Source: Deferrisomatales bacterium
GTDB taxonomy: Bacteria; Desulfobacterota; Deferrisomatia; Deferrisomatales; JACRMM01
Reading direction: 5' to 3'
NCBI GenBank assembly: GCA_033551855.1
Contig: JAWSUI010000005.1
Location: 31,026 to 95,025 of the forward strand
Length of the DNA: 64,000 nucleotides
In this document: positions 35,206 to 44,128 of the stretch, one piece after another
Numbering within the stretch: position 1 is the stretch's first letter
Layout of the letters: each line of letters opens with the position of its first letter
Position numbers and translations under genes: made by a program
Notes under the pieces: model-generated
What the model was told of the DNA's origin: nothing
Databases searched by the model: none
Seen by the model: only the letters and a program-made list of their open reading frames with translations

Positions 35206-36384
35206 TCAGCGGTCGATCTCGCCGAGGACGATGTCGAGGGAACCGATCACCGCGACGACGTCCGCGACCATCCGGCCCAGGATCATCGGCTCCAGGGCCT
35301 GGAGATTCACGAAGCAGGGAGGCCTGACCCGGAACCGCCAGGGCTTCTCCGTGCCGTCGGAGACCAGGTAGTAGCCCAGTTCCCCCTTGCTCGCCTCCAC
35401 GCTCATGTACACGTCCCCGACCGGCGCCTTGTAGCCGTCGCTCATGAGCTTGAAGTGGCGGATGAGGGCCTCGATGTGCTCGTAGACGTCCTGCTTGGGG
35501 GGCGGGGTGAAGCGAGGGTCGTCGAGCATCACCGGACCCTCGGGCATCCGGTCCAGGGCCTGCTCGGCGATCCGCAGAGATTGGCGCATCTCCACCAGGC
35601 GCACCAGATAGCGCTCGTACACGTCGCCCACCGTCCCGGTGGGGATCTCGAAATCGTAGGTCTCGTAGTCGCAATAGGGCTGGGCCTTGCGCAGGTCCCA
35701 CTGGATACCGGCTGCGCGCAGCACGGGGCCGGTCAGGGCGAACTGGACGCATTCCTCGGCGCTGATGATCCCGATGCCCTCGGTGCGCCCTCTCCAGATC
35801 TTGTTCTGGGTCAGGAGGCGCTCGTACTCGTCGATCCGTGAGGGGAACTCCTGGATGAAGGCCCGGGCCTTCTCGAAGAACACCGGCGGCACGTCCTCCG
35901 GCAAGCCCCCCACCCGGATGTAGCTCGGGGTGAGGCGCGCGCCGTGGACGTCCTCCAGGAGGTCCATGACCTTCTCGCGGTCCCGGAAGGTGTAGAACAG
36001 CACCGTCATGGCACCGATGTCGAGGGCATGGCTGGCCAGCCACAGCAGGTGGCTGGCGATCCGCTGGAGCTCGCACAGGCAGACCCGAAGGACCGTCGCC
36101 CGGGCCGGGATCTGATCCTCGATGCCCAGGAGCTTCTCCACGGCCAGGGTGTACCCCAGGTTGTTGAGCAGGGCGCCCACGTAGTCCATCCGGTCCGTGA
36201 GCGTCAGGGCCTGGTGGTAGGTCTTGGTTTCCGCCAGCTTCTCGAGTCCGCGGTGCAGGTGGCCCAGGTGCGGCGTCACCCCCACGACGGTCTCGCCGTC
36301 GAGCTCCAGCACGAGCCGGAGCACCCCGTGGGTGGCCGGGTGCTGGGGGCCCATATTGACGACCATGTTCCGGGTCTCGCCCAT
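35206..36384 (-). CDS. nuoD: NADH-quinone oxidoreductase subunit D
   Basis: 392 aa; MVVNMGPQHPATHGVLRLVLELDGE... Confidence 0.96.
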   Translation of the reverse strand: MGETRNMVVNMGPQHPATHGVLRLVLELDGETVVGVTPHLGHLHRGLEKLAETKTYHQALTLTDRMDYVGALLNNLGYTLAVEKLLGIEDQIPARATVLRVCLCELQRIASHLLWLASHALDIGAMTVLFYTFRDREKVMDLLEDVHGARLTPSYIRVGGLPEDVPPVFFEKARAFIQEFPSRIDEYERLLTQNKIWRGRTEGIGIISAEECVQFALTGPVLRAAGIQWDLRKAQPYCDYETYDFEIPTGTVGDVYERYLVRLVEMRQSLRIAEQALDRMPEGPVMLDDPRFTPPPKQDVYEHIEALIRHFKLMSDGYKAPVGDVYMSVEASKGELGYYLVSDGTEKPWRFRVRPPCFVNLQALEPMILGRMVADVVAVIGSLDIVLGEIDR

Positions 36385-36433
36385 GATGCCCTCCGTCCGG
36401 GTGCGCCCTGGCGGGACGCGGCCGGGTCAGCTC

Positions 36434-36913
36434 TCAGCGGTAGTGCACCTTCTGGGGAATGCCATGGAGCGGAAAATCCTTGCGCAGGGGGTGCCCCACG
36501 TACCCGTCCCACAGCAGGATGCGCCGCAGGTCCGAGTGCCCTTCGAACACGATGCCGAAGAGGTCGTACACCTCGCGCTCCAGCCAGTTGGCAGCCTTCC
36601 AGACCCCCTCCACCGTGCGGATCGTCGCATTCTGGGCCACGGCGGCCTTCAGGCGGAGCCGGCGGTTGTGGGGGAAGGAGTACAGGTTGTAGACGACCTC
36701 GAATCGCGGCTCGCCGGGCAGGCGGTCCACCGCGGTGAGGTCGGCGAGCATGTCGAACCGCAGCGCCTCATGGTCCCGGCAGCAGGCGCACACGTCCACG
36801 ATGCGCTCCGGGTCCACCGCCACGCTGAGCTGGCCGCGGAAGGCGGTGTCGCCCAAGATGGCGTCGCCGCAGCTACCTTTCAGGATCTCGACGATCGGGG
36901 ATTGGTCGCTCAT
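36434..36913 (-). CDS. nuoC: NADH-quinone oxidoreductase subunit C
   Basis: 159 aa; ...ANWLEREVYDLFGIVFEGHSDLRRILL... Confidence 0.93.
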   Translation of the reverse strand: MSDQSPIVEILKGSCGDAILGDTAFRGQLSVAVDPERIVDVCACCRDHEALRFDMLADLTAVDRLPGEPRFEVVYNLYSFPHNRRLRLKAAVAQNATIRTVEGVWKAANWLEREVYDLFGIVFEGHSDLRRILLWDGYVGHPLRKDFPLHGIPQKVHYR

Positions 36914-36929
36914 TTCGGCCTCACGCTGG

Positions 36930-36957
36930 TTGCGTGTTGCGTGTTGCGTGTTGGGCG
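36930..36957. repeat. Tandem heptads TTGCGTG x3 plus variant TTGGGCG in the nuoB-nuoC spacer
   Basis: Read directly; the mRNA sense is CACGCAA x3. Confidence 0.7.
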
Positions 36958-37006
36958 CCGGAAAAGCTTTCTCCCACGCGCAACGTACCGCCCGCCGCGA
37001 GCAGCT

Positions 37007-37507
37007 CTACGCGATCAGCCGCCCCTCGGTGTCCGGACGGTCCGAGAACTTCTCGCTGCCGATCTTGTCCTGGAGCTTGATGATCGCGGCCAGGAGCTGC
37101 TCGGGGCGGGGAGGACAGCCGGGCACGTACACGTCCACCGGCAGGAACTGGTCCACGCCCTGGACGGTGTTGTACGTGTTGAAGATGCCGCCGGAGCACG
37201 CACACGACCCGTAGGCGATCACCCACTTGGGCTCCGGCATCTGGCGATAGATGCGCTCCACCATGCCCGCCATCTTCTTGGTCACGGTACCGGCCACGAT
37301 CATCAGGTCCGACTGCCGGGGAGAGGGGCGGAAGACCTCGGCCCCGAACCGGGCGATGTCGTAGTTGGAGGCCGACGCCGCCATCATCTCCAGCGCACAG
37401 CAGGCCAGGCCGAAGGTCGCGGGCCAGATGGAGTTCTTCCGCGCCCAGCCCACCACCTTCTCGAGCCGCGTGACCAGGACGGGGGGCAGCTTGCTCTCTA
37501 CTCCCAT
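37007..37507 (-). CDS. nuoB: NADH-quinone oxidoreductase subunit B
   Basis: Last 166 aa of ORF 37007..37900 from MGVESKLPP... [11 protein letters not shown] and [10 protein letters not shown]...PGCPPRPE (N2 cluster ligands). Start overlaps the nuoA end by 10 nt. Confidence 0.94.
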   Translation of the reverse strand: MGVESKLPPVLVTRLEKVVGWARKNSIWPATFGLACCALEMMAASASNYDIARFGAEVFRPSPRQSDLMIVAGTVTKKMAGMVERIYRQMPEPKWVIAYGSCACSGGIFNTYNTVQGVDQFLPVDVYVPGCPPRPEQLLAAIIKLQDKIGSEKFSDRPDTEGRLIA

Positions 37508-37854
37508 TGCAGGACTCCTTTCCTCCAGGTGTAGGCGAATCCCACCACGAGGACGAAGAGGAAGACCATCATGCCCACGAACGCCTCGGGCCCCAGATGA
37601 CGGAAGCGGACGGCCCAGGGGTAGAGGAAGGCCACCTCCAGATCGAAGACCAGGAACTCCATGGCGACGAGGTAGTACTTGATGTCGAAGGCCCGGCGCC
37701 CGCCCGGCTCCACGACCATCCCGCACTCGTAGGTGGCGAGCTTGTCGGCGTTGGGGCGCCGGGGGCCGAGGAAGGTGGAGATCAGAACCACACCCAGGCC
37801 GAACGCCGTGGCCAGGAGGAACAGGATGAGGATCGGCACGTAGTTCTGAAGCAT
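37498..37854 (-). CDS. nuoA: NADH-quinone oxidoreductase subunit A
   Basis: 118 aa, 3 TM, ...[32 protein letters not shown]... Confidence 0.93.
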   Translation of the reverse strand: MLQNYVPILILFLLATAFGLGVVLISTFLGPRRPNADKLATYECGMVVEPGGRRAFDIKYYLVAMEFLVFDLEVAFLYPWAVRFRHLGPEAFVGMMVFLFVLVVGFAYTWRKGVLQWE

Positions 37855-37927
37855 GCGGGCCTCCTCGGACCGGGCTCAGGGAGAGCGAGGCTGTACGCAA
37901 GTGAAGATCCGGAACAAACTCGCGCGT

Positions 37928-37957
37928 ATGCTACTTTGCAGCATTTTCACCTGTCAA
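37928..37957 (-). promoter_or_regulatory. Candidate sigma70 promoter of the nuo operon, TTGACA-18nt-TAGCAT
   Basis: Consensus match on the minus strand, in the lower-GC spacer about 75-100 nt upstream of nuoA. Confidence 0.4.
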
Positions 37958-38042
37958 GGCGGAAACACCGGCGCTTTTGCGAGAAACGTTCTAAAGTGAA
38001 GACGCGCCGCCCCAGGCGCCGGAGGGCCCTCGACAGCCCCCC

Positions 38043-38480
38043 TCACCGCGCCGCCCGTGGACCCGTTCCATCGTCCGGCCCGTCCCCCAACAGTCTCCGG
38101 ACGAGCGGCCGGTCGGCCGCGGGCATCGGGCGGGAGAGCAGGCCGGCGGGCTCGACCCAGGCCAGCTCCTGCCCCTGGAGCGGCTCCGGGGTGCCCGAGA
38201 CCAGGGTGCACGCGTAGGCCGTGAGGCGGATCGCCACGTGGGGGTAGACGTGGTCGACGCTTCCCACCTCGCCCCCCACGGCCACCACGACCCCAAGCTC
38301 CTCCCGGAGCTCTCGGGCAACCGCCTCCCGGGAGGATTCCCCCGCCTCCACCTTTCCCCCGGGGAGTTCCCACAGCCCTCCGTGGGGCCCGCCGGGCGGC
38401 CGCCGGGCCAGCAGCACCCTTCCCCGGCCGTCGCGAAGCACCGCAGCGACCACGGGGAGGAACACGGGTCCTTCTTCCAT
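38043..38480 (-). CDS. Nudix hydrolase (MutT-like)
   Basis: 145 aa; Nudix box GGKVEAGESSREAVARELREELGV. Confidence 0.88.
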   Translation of the reverse strand: MEEGPVFLPVVAAVLRDGRGRVLLARRPPGGPHGGLWELPGGKVEAGESSREAVARELREELGVVVAVGGEVGSVDHVYPHVAIRLTAYACTLVSGTPEPLQGQELAWVEPAGLLSRPMPAADRPLVRRLLGDGPDDGTGPRAAR

Positions 38481-38520
38481 GTCGGACGGGCCTTCGCCTC
38501 GACCGTGCCCTGCTCGAACC

Positions 38521-38580
38521 GGTCTCGGTATCGGTATCGCAGTCGGCGTCGATCCCGATCCGGGTCCAGATTTCGATGGG
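38521..38580. repeat. Hexamer-periodic element related to 15445-15510
   Basis: ggtctc ggtatc ggtatc gcagtc ggcgtc gatccc gatccg ggtcca gatttc gatggg; shares the tail GATTTCGATGG. Confidence 0.6.
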
Positions 38581-38600
38581 CGGTGAGGCGCGGCGGGCCC

Positions 38601-40547
38601 TCAGGTCTTGAGGTCCTCCAGGTCCTGGAAGTGGCTCAGGGCCTGGGGGTTGGCCAGGGCGTCCTTGTTCTTGACCTCCTCGCCCTGCACCGTCTTGAGC
38701 ACCGCCATCTCGACCAGCTTCCCGCTGATGGTCCGCGGGATCTCGGGCACCTGGATGATCTTGGCGGGCACGTGCCGGGGGGTGGTGTTCTGGCGGATGT
38801 GGTCGCGAATCCTCTTCTTCAGGGCCTCGTCGAGCGTCACCCCTGGCCGGAGCACGAGGAACAGCACCACCCGAACGTCGTCCTCCCAAGGCTGGCCGAT
38901 GACCAGGGCCTCCACCACCTCCTCCAGGGCTTCCACCTGGCGGTAGATTTCGGCGGTGCCGATCCGCACCCCGCCGGGGTTGAGGGTGGCGTCGGAGCGG
39001 CCGTACACGATCACGCCGCCGTTCTCGGTGATCTCGATGTAGTCCCCGTGGCGCCACACCCCGGGGTAGTGTCGGAAGTACGCGTCGAGGTACTTCTCGT
39101 CGCCCGGGTCGTTCCAGAAGCTCACCGGCATGGACGGGAAGGGGGCGGTGCACACGAGCTCGCCCTTCCGGCCCACGACGGGTTTCCCGTCGTCGTCCCA
39201 GGCCTCCACCTTCATCCCCAAGCCCCGCTTCTGGATCTCACCCGCGTACACCGGGCTGATGGGCGACCCCAGGATGAAGCAGGAGATGATGTCGGTGCCC
39301 CCGGAGATCGAGGCGAGTTGGAGGTCCTGCTTCACCTCCCGGTACACCCACTCGAAACTCTCGACGGAGAGCGGCGAGCCGGTGGAGCAGACGGCCTTCA
39401 CGGGCGAGAGGTCGAAACGGGCACCGGGGTGCACCTCGCTCTTCTCGCACATCGCGAGATACTTCGCGCTCGTGCCGAAGATCGTGACCTTCAGGTCCTG
39501 GGCCATCTTCCACAGCACGGACATGTCCGGGTAGCCGGGGCTGCCGTCGAAGAGGACGACGGTGGAGCCCACGTAGAGGGAGCTCACGAGCCAGTTCCAC
39601 ATCATCCACCCGCAGGTGGTGAAGTAGAAGATCGTGTCCTCCCGCTTGAGGTCGCAGTGGAGCATGAGCTCCTTCGCGTGTTGGATCAGGGTTCCCCCCG
39701 CCCCGTGCACGATGCACTTCGGGACCCCGGTGGTTCCCGAGGAGTACATGATGTAGATCGGATGGTCGAAGGGCAGTTGGGCGAACTCCACCTCCCGCGC
39801 GTCGTTGCCCAGGGCCTCGGCCCAGAGAAGCGCCTTCGGTACGGAGGAGAGGTCCGGCTGGGCCGTCACGAAGGGCACCACCACGATCTTCTCGATGGAC
39901 CGGATCTCCCGGGCCACCTCCGCAACCCGGGCCAGGGAGTCGAAGGACTTGCCGTTGTAGAAGTACCCGTCCGCGGTGAGGAGCACCTTCGGCTCGATCT
40001 GGCCGAACCGGTCCATCACCCCCTTGAACCCGAAGTCCGGGCTGCAGGAGGACCAGATCGCCCCCAGGCTCGTGGCCGCCAACATCCCCACCACCGTCTC
40101 GATCCGGTTGGGCATGAAGCCGGCCACCCGATCCCCCTGGCCGACCCCGGCGCGCCGGAGGAAGCGGGCAAACCGGGCCACCTGGAGATAGAGCTCCTTG
40201 TAGGACACGCGCTCCGGGATCCCCTGCTCGCCCACGAAGACCAGGGCAGTGCGCTCGTCCCGATGTCGGAGCAGGTTCTCCGCGAAGTTCAGGCGGGCCC
40301 CCCGGAACCACCGGGCCCCCGGCATGACCGGGTTCTCCAGCACCGCCTCGTAGGGGGTGGAGGACCGGATGTCGGCAAACTTCCACATCGCCTCCCAGAA
40401 GGCCGGGATCTCCCGGACCGACCACTCGTACAGGTCGTCGTACCCCTGGAGCGAGAGGCCGTGGTCCCGGTTCACGTCGGCGAGGAACCGGGTCAGATTG
40501 GCCTGGGCCACCTTGTCCGCGGACGGGGTCCAAAGGAGCTTGCTCAT
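38601..40547 (-). CDS. Acetoacetyl-CoA synthetase (acetoacetate--CoA ligase)
   Basis: 648 aa. MSKLLWTPSADKVAQANLTRFLADV... is typical of the AACS N-terminus. AMP-binding motif YSSGTTGVPKCIVH. Confidence 0.9.
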   Translation of the reverse strand: MSKLLWTPSADKVAQANLTRFLADVNRDHGLSLQGYDDLYEWSVREIPAFWEAMWKFADIRSSTPYEAVLENPVMPGARWFRGARLNFAENLLRHRDERTALVFVGEQGIPERVSYKELYLQVARFARFLRRAGVGQGDRVAGFMPNRIETVVGMLAATSLGAIWSSCSPDFGFKGVMDRFGQIEPKVLLTADGYFYNGKSFDSLARVAEVAREIRSIEKIVVVPFVTAQPDLSSVPKALLWAEALGNDAREVEFAQLPFDHPIYIMYSSGTTGVPKCIVHGAGGTLIQHAKELMLHCDLKREDTIFYFTTCGWMMWNWLVSSLYVGSTVVLFDGSPGYPDMSVLWKMAQDLKVTIFGTSAKYLAMCEKSEVHPGARFDLSPVKAVCSTGSPLSVESFEWVYREVKQDLQLASISGGTDIISCFILGSPISPVYAGEIQKRGLGMKVEAWDDDGKPVVGRKGELVCTAPFPSMPVSFWNDPGDEKYLDAYFRHYPGVWRHGDYIEITENGGVIVYGRSDATLNPGGVRIGTAEIYRQVEALEEVVEALVIGQPWEDDVRVVLFLVLRPGVTLDEALKKRIRDHIRQNTTPRHVPAKIIQVPEIPRTISGKLVEMAVLKTVQGEEVKNKDALANPQALSHFQDLEDLKT

Positions 40548-40741
40548 CGGGGTTCCTCCTCAAAGAAGGGCGTGGCGGGCGCCACCGCGCAGACGGCCCG
40601 GGAACCTCCGACGCTCGGATGCTCCGGCCGGAGCCGCGACAATACCCAAACGCTCCCTTCCCTTCAACCCGGTTTCGGGGCCCCGCACCGACCCTCCGCA
40701 GGCAAGCGTGCTCGTGCCGTCCGGCCCGTGGGCCCTGCCTG

Positions 40742-40952
40742 GTAGTACAACGAGAGTTGCGTCCGAGTCGGGCGCGGGGCCTTCCTGGACAGCAGGCAGG
40801 CGGCCTTGGAACGATGCTCCGGGCGCACCCAAGGGCCGTAGGGCCGCTCGAAACCGCCTCGCGATCTGCACTGCGCGCCGGGATCCTGCCCGCCGGAGGG
40901 GTGGTTTCGCGCCGAACGCACACGAAGACCCGATCGCTCGTTGCGGTACTAG
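40742..40952 (+). repeat. Structured element, copy A (about 211 nt, self-complementary termini)
   Basis: 193-nt core (40751-40943) matches the reverse complement of 48363-48555 with 18 substitutions and no indels by hand alignment. Termini GGTAGTACAACGAG / CTCGTTGCGGTACTAG can pair. Confidence 0.8.
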
Positions 40953-41446
40953 CCCCCGGTCTCGGTGTGGGACAGCCCTGTGAGCCTGTCTACCACCGAC
41001 AGGGGGAGGGGCCCGTGGAGCCCGCAAAGGCGCCAATTCCTCCTTCCAGGTTCGGGCCATCCCTCCCTCACAGGTGTTCCCCGTACCGATGGAGGCGCGG
41101 CGCCGCAAAGGCCCCTTTCAGGGGCGGCGCTCCCCCCCGAAAACCGGCTCCCCTTCGAGCACCACGAGCCGCTCCGCGAAGTCGACGGCCTCTGGGGCAT
41201 CGACCCGGATGTCTCCCGGGTCCGTCCGGCAAAGCGGTCGAGGTTCTCCATATCCCAGGCGGACACGGGGGTCTCGCGCGGCCGGGGGATGAGGTCCGGC
41301 GCCTCCAGGGGGCACGGCCGCGCACCCTCTTTGTGCATGCCCGGCATGCCAACTGCCCTGCGACACGAGCCCTCACGGGAAACGAGCGCAGGACCTCCCC
41401 GACCCTGCTCCCCTTGGCCGCTTGGCCATCCGCGGCCCAATGCCTA

Positions 41447-41475
41447 TTGACATTCGTTCCCGGATTCCTTAAGAT
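41447..41475 (+). promoter_or_regulatory. Candidate sigma70 promoter TTGACA-17nt-TAAGAT upstream of metK
   Basis: Best consensus match in the window; implies a leader of roughly 410 nt. Confidence 0.5.
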
Positions 41476-41894
41476 CCTGTGCGCAATTCCAATAGTGGCC
41501 TTGCGCCTACAGGGGAACAGAATCAATCCCGGATGGCCGGGGAGCATGGCAACGGCGCAGCAAACCCAAGAGAGGCCCGCCTGAAGCCTGGAGGGGACGT
41601 CATCGCAGATTGCGCAGAACCATCCAGTTTACGCCTCCGAACCACACGCCCCGACTCTCCCCGCCTCCCTGTACCTCGACCTCCGTAGGTCTGCCCCAGG
41701 ACTTCTGAGGAGCCGAGAGGCTCCCTGCCTCCCCCGCACGGGATCGTTCCGTCCCGGTGCGGCCTGTGCGCGGCATCTCCCCTGGACACGGCGCTTACCG
41801 TCTTCCCCCGGCGCGTTCGGCACCGCTCGGGCGTTGCAGCCGGCCTTCTTCTTCCCCCTGTGAACCCCGACGAACACCAAAGAGGAGAGCAACC

Positions 41895-43070
41895 ATGGGC
41901 ATGACCGACTTTCTCTTCACCTCCGAGAGCGTCACCGAGGGACACCCCGACAAGGTGGCCGACCAGATCTCCGACGCCGTGCTCGACACCCTGCTGGCCC
42001 AGGACCCAGCGAGCCGCGTGGCCTGCGAGACCATGGTGACCACGGGGATGGCCATCATCGCCGGGGAGATCACCACCCAAGGGTACGCGCACATGCCCGA
42101 CGTGGTACGTCAGACGATCCGGGACATCGGCTACACCGACCCGGCGCTGGGCTTCGACTGGGAGACCTGCGCGGTGCTGACCTCCATCGACCGGCAGAGC
42201 CCGGACATCGCCCTGGGCGTCGACGAGTCTGAAGGACACGAGCAGGGGGCAGGCGACCAGGGCCTGATGTTCGGTTACGCCACGAACGAGACGCCGGAGC
42301 TCATGCCCATGCCCATCGTGTACGCCCACAAGCTCACGCGCCGGCTCGCCGAGGTCCGCAAGCAGAAGCTCGTGGACTGCCTCCGGCCCGACGGCAAGAG
42401 CCAGGTGACGATCCGCTACGTGGACGGCAGGCCCGTGAGCGTGGACGCGGTGGTGGTGAGCACCCAGCACTCCCCCGACGTCACCCAGCAGACGGTGAGG
42501 GAGGCGGTGATCGAGACCGTGATCAAGCCCGTCATCCCCGAATCCCTGCTCACCGAACAGACCCGGTTCTACATCAACCCCACCGGCCGTTTCGTGGTAG
42601 GGGGCCCCATGGGCGACTGCGGCCTCACGGGCCGAAAGATCATTGTCGACACCTACGGGGGGCAGGGAAGCCACGGCGGGGGAGCCTTCTCGGGCAAGGA
42701 CCCGTCGAAGGTGGACCGGTCCGCCTCCTACCTGTGCCGGTACGTGGCCAAGAACATCGTCGCCGGCGGGCTGGCAGACCGGTGCGAGGTCCAGTTGGCT
42801 TACGCCATCGGCGTGGCCGACCCCGTCTCGGTGATGATCGACACCGGCGGCACCTGGAAGATCGAACCCGACCGCATCGCCTCACTCGTCCGGGAGATCT
42901 TCCCGCTCAAGCCCAGGGAGATCATCCGGCACCTCGACCTCCTGCGCCCCATTTACCGCAAGACCGCCGCCAACGGCCACTTCGGCCACGACGACCCCGA
43001 CTTCACGTGGGAGCGAACGGACAAGGCGGAGGAGCTCGCCCGGGCAGCCGGGCTAGACGCCGCCGCATAG
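41895..43070 (+). CDS. metK: S-adenosylmethionine synthetase
   Basis: ORF 41757..43070 trimmed to the ATG after [53 protein letters not shown]. Confidence 0.97.
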   Translation: MGMTDFLFTSESVTEGHPDKVADQISDAVLDTLLAQDPASRVACETMVTTGMAIIAGEITTQGYAHMPDVVRQTIRDIGYTDPALGFDWETCAVLTSIDRQSPDIALGVDESEGHEQGAGDQGLMFGYATNETPELMPMPIVYAHKLTRRLAEVRKQKLVDCLRPDGKSQVTIRYVDGRPVSVDAVVVSTQHSPDVTQQTVREAVIETVIKPVIPESLLTEQTRFYINPTGRFVVGGPMGDCGLTGRKIIVDTYGGQGSHGGGAFSGKDPSKVDRSASYLCRYVAKNIVAGGLADRCEVQLAYAIGVADPVSVMIDTGGTWKIEPDRIASLVREIFPLKPREIIRHLDLLRPIYRKTAANGHFGHDDPDFTWERTDKAEELARAAGLDAAA

Positions 43071-43145
43071 CCCCCAGCCGAGCCCCCTCCTCGGGGGGCC
43101 CCCGGTGACGAAACCGGCGCGCTTTCCACCCCACACGGAGGAACC

Positions 43146-44078
43146 ATGTCCGCGTTGATCTGCGGATCGGTCGCCTACGACACGATCATGGTGTTCGAGG
43201 ACCGCTTTCGGAACCACATCCTGGCCGACCAGGTGCACATCCTCAACGTCGCCTTCCACGTCCCGACCCTGCGGCGCGAATTCGGGGGGTGCGCCGGCAA
43301 CGTCGCCTACAACCTCGTCCAACTCGGGATGGACGCGCACCCCCTGGCCACCGTGGGGGACGACTTCGCCCCCTACGCGGCCTGGATGGACCGCTGCGGG
43401 ATCCGGCGCGACCTGGTGCGCACAGTGCCCGGTACCTTCACGGCCCAGGCGTTCATCACCACCGATCTGGACGACAACCAGATCACCGCGTTCCACCCGG
43501 GGGCCATGGACCACGCCCACGTGCAGCCGATCCCCACCGGGGGGGCCTTCCGGGTCGCCATGGTCTCCCCGGACGGGAGGCGCGGGATGATCGAGCACGC
43601 GGAGCAGCTGGCCGAGGCCTCGATCCCCTTCGTGTTCGACCCCGGCCAGGGCCTGCCCCTGTTCTCGGGGGAGGAGCTGCGGCGCTTCGTCGATCTGGCG
43701 AGCTGGGTCGCCCTGAACGACTACGAGTCCCGGCTCCTGGCTGAGCGCACCGGCCTGGGGCCGGCGCAGATGGCCGAGCGCGTCGAGGCCGTGGTCGTAA
43801 CTCGCGGGGCCGAGGGGTCCCGGATCTGGGCACAGGGTACGATCCACGAGATCCCGGCGGCCCCGGCGAGGACGGTGGCGGACCCTACCGGCTGCGGCGA
43901 CGCCTACCGGGCCGGCATCCTCTACGGGATCCTAGAGGGGCTGGACTGGCCCACCGCCGGCAGGATCGCCGCGCTCCTGGGAGCGGCCAAGGTCGCCTCC
44001 CACGGCACCCAGAACCACGCCTTCGATGTCGGGACCCTGGCTGAGCGTTTCTTCGAGGCGTTCGGATACCGCATCTGA
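43146..44078 (+). CDS. PfkB-family carbohydrate/nucleoside kinase, probable adenosine kinase
   Basis: 310 aa; [11 protein letters not shown] and [12 protein letters not shown] PfkB signatures; position between metK and ahcY. Confidence 0.8.
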   Translation: MSALICGSVAYDTIMVFEDRFRNHILADQVHILNVAFHVPTLRREFGGCAGNVAYNLVQLGMDAHPLATVGDDFAPYAAWMDRCGIRRDLVRTVPGTFTAQAFITTDLDDNQITAFHPGAMDHAHVQPIPTGGAFRVAMVSPDGRRGMIEHAEQLAEASIPFVFDPGQGLPLFSGEELRRFVDLASWVALNDYESRLLAERTGLGPAQMAERVEAVVVTRGAEGSRIWAQGTIHEIPAAPARTVADPTGCGDAYRAGILYGILEGLDWPTAGRIAALLGAAKVASHGTQNHAFDVGTLAERFFEAFGYRI

Positions 44079-44128
44079 CCTCACTAGAAGACACCTCGGG
44101 CCTCCCCGGGGAGAAGAGGAGAGACGAC

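Noticed and set aside
41482-41894. SAM-I (S-box), SAM-II or SAH riboswitch in the metK leader
   Set aside because: Short fragments resembling S-box motifs are present but in the wrong order. The conserved cores of SAM-II and SAH riboswitches were not seen. I cannot support a known riboswitch class without a covariance-model search.
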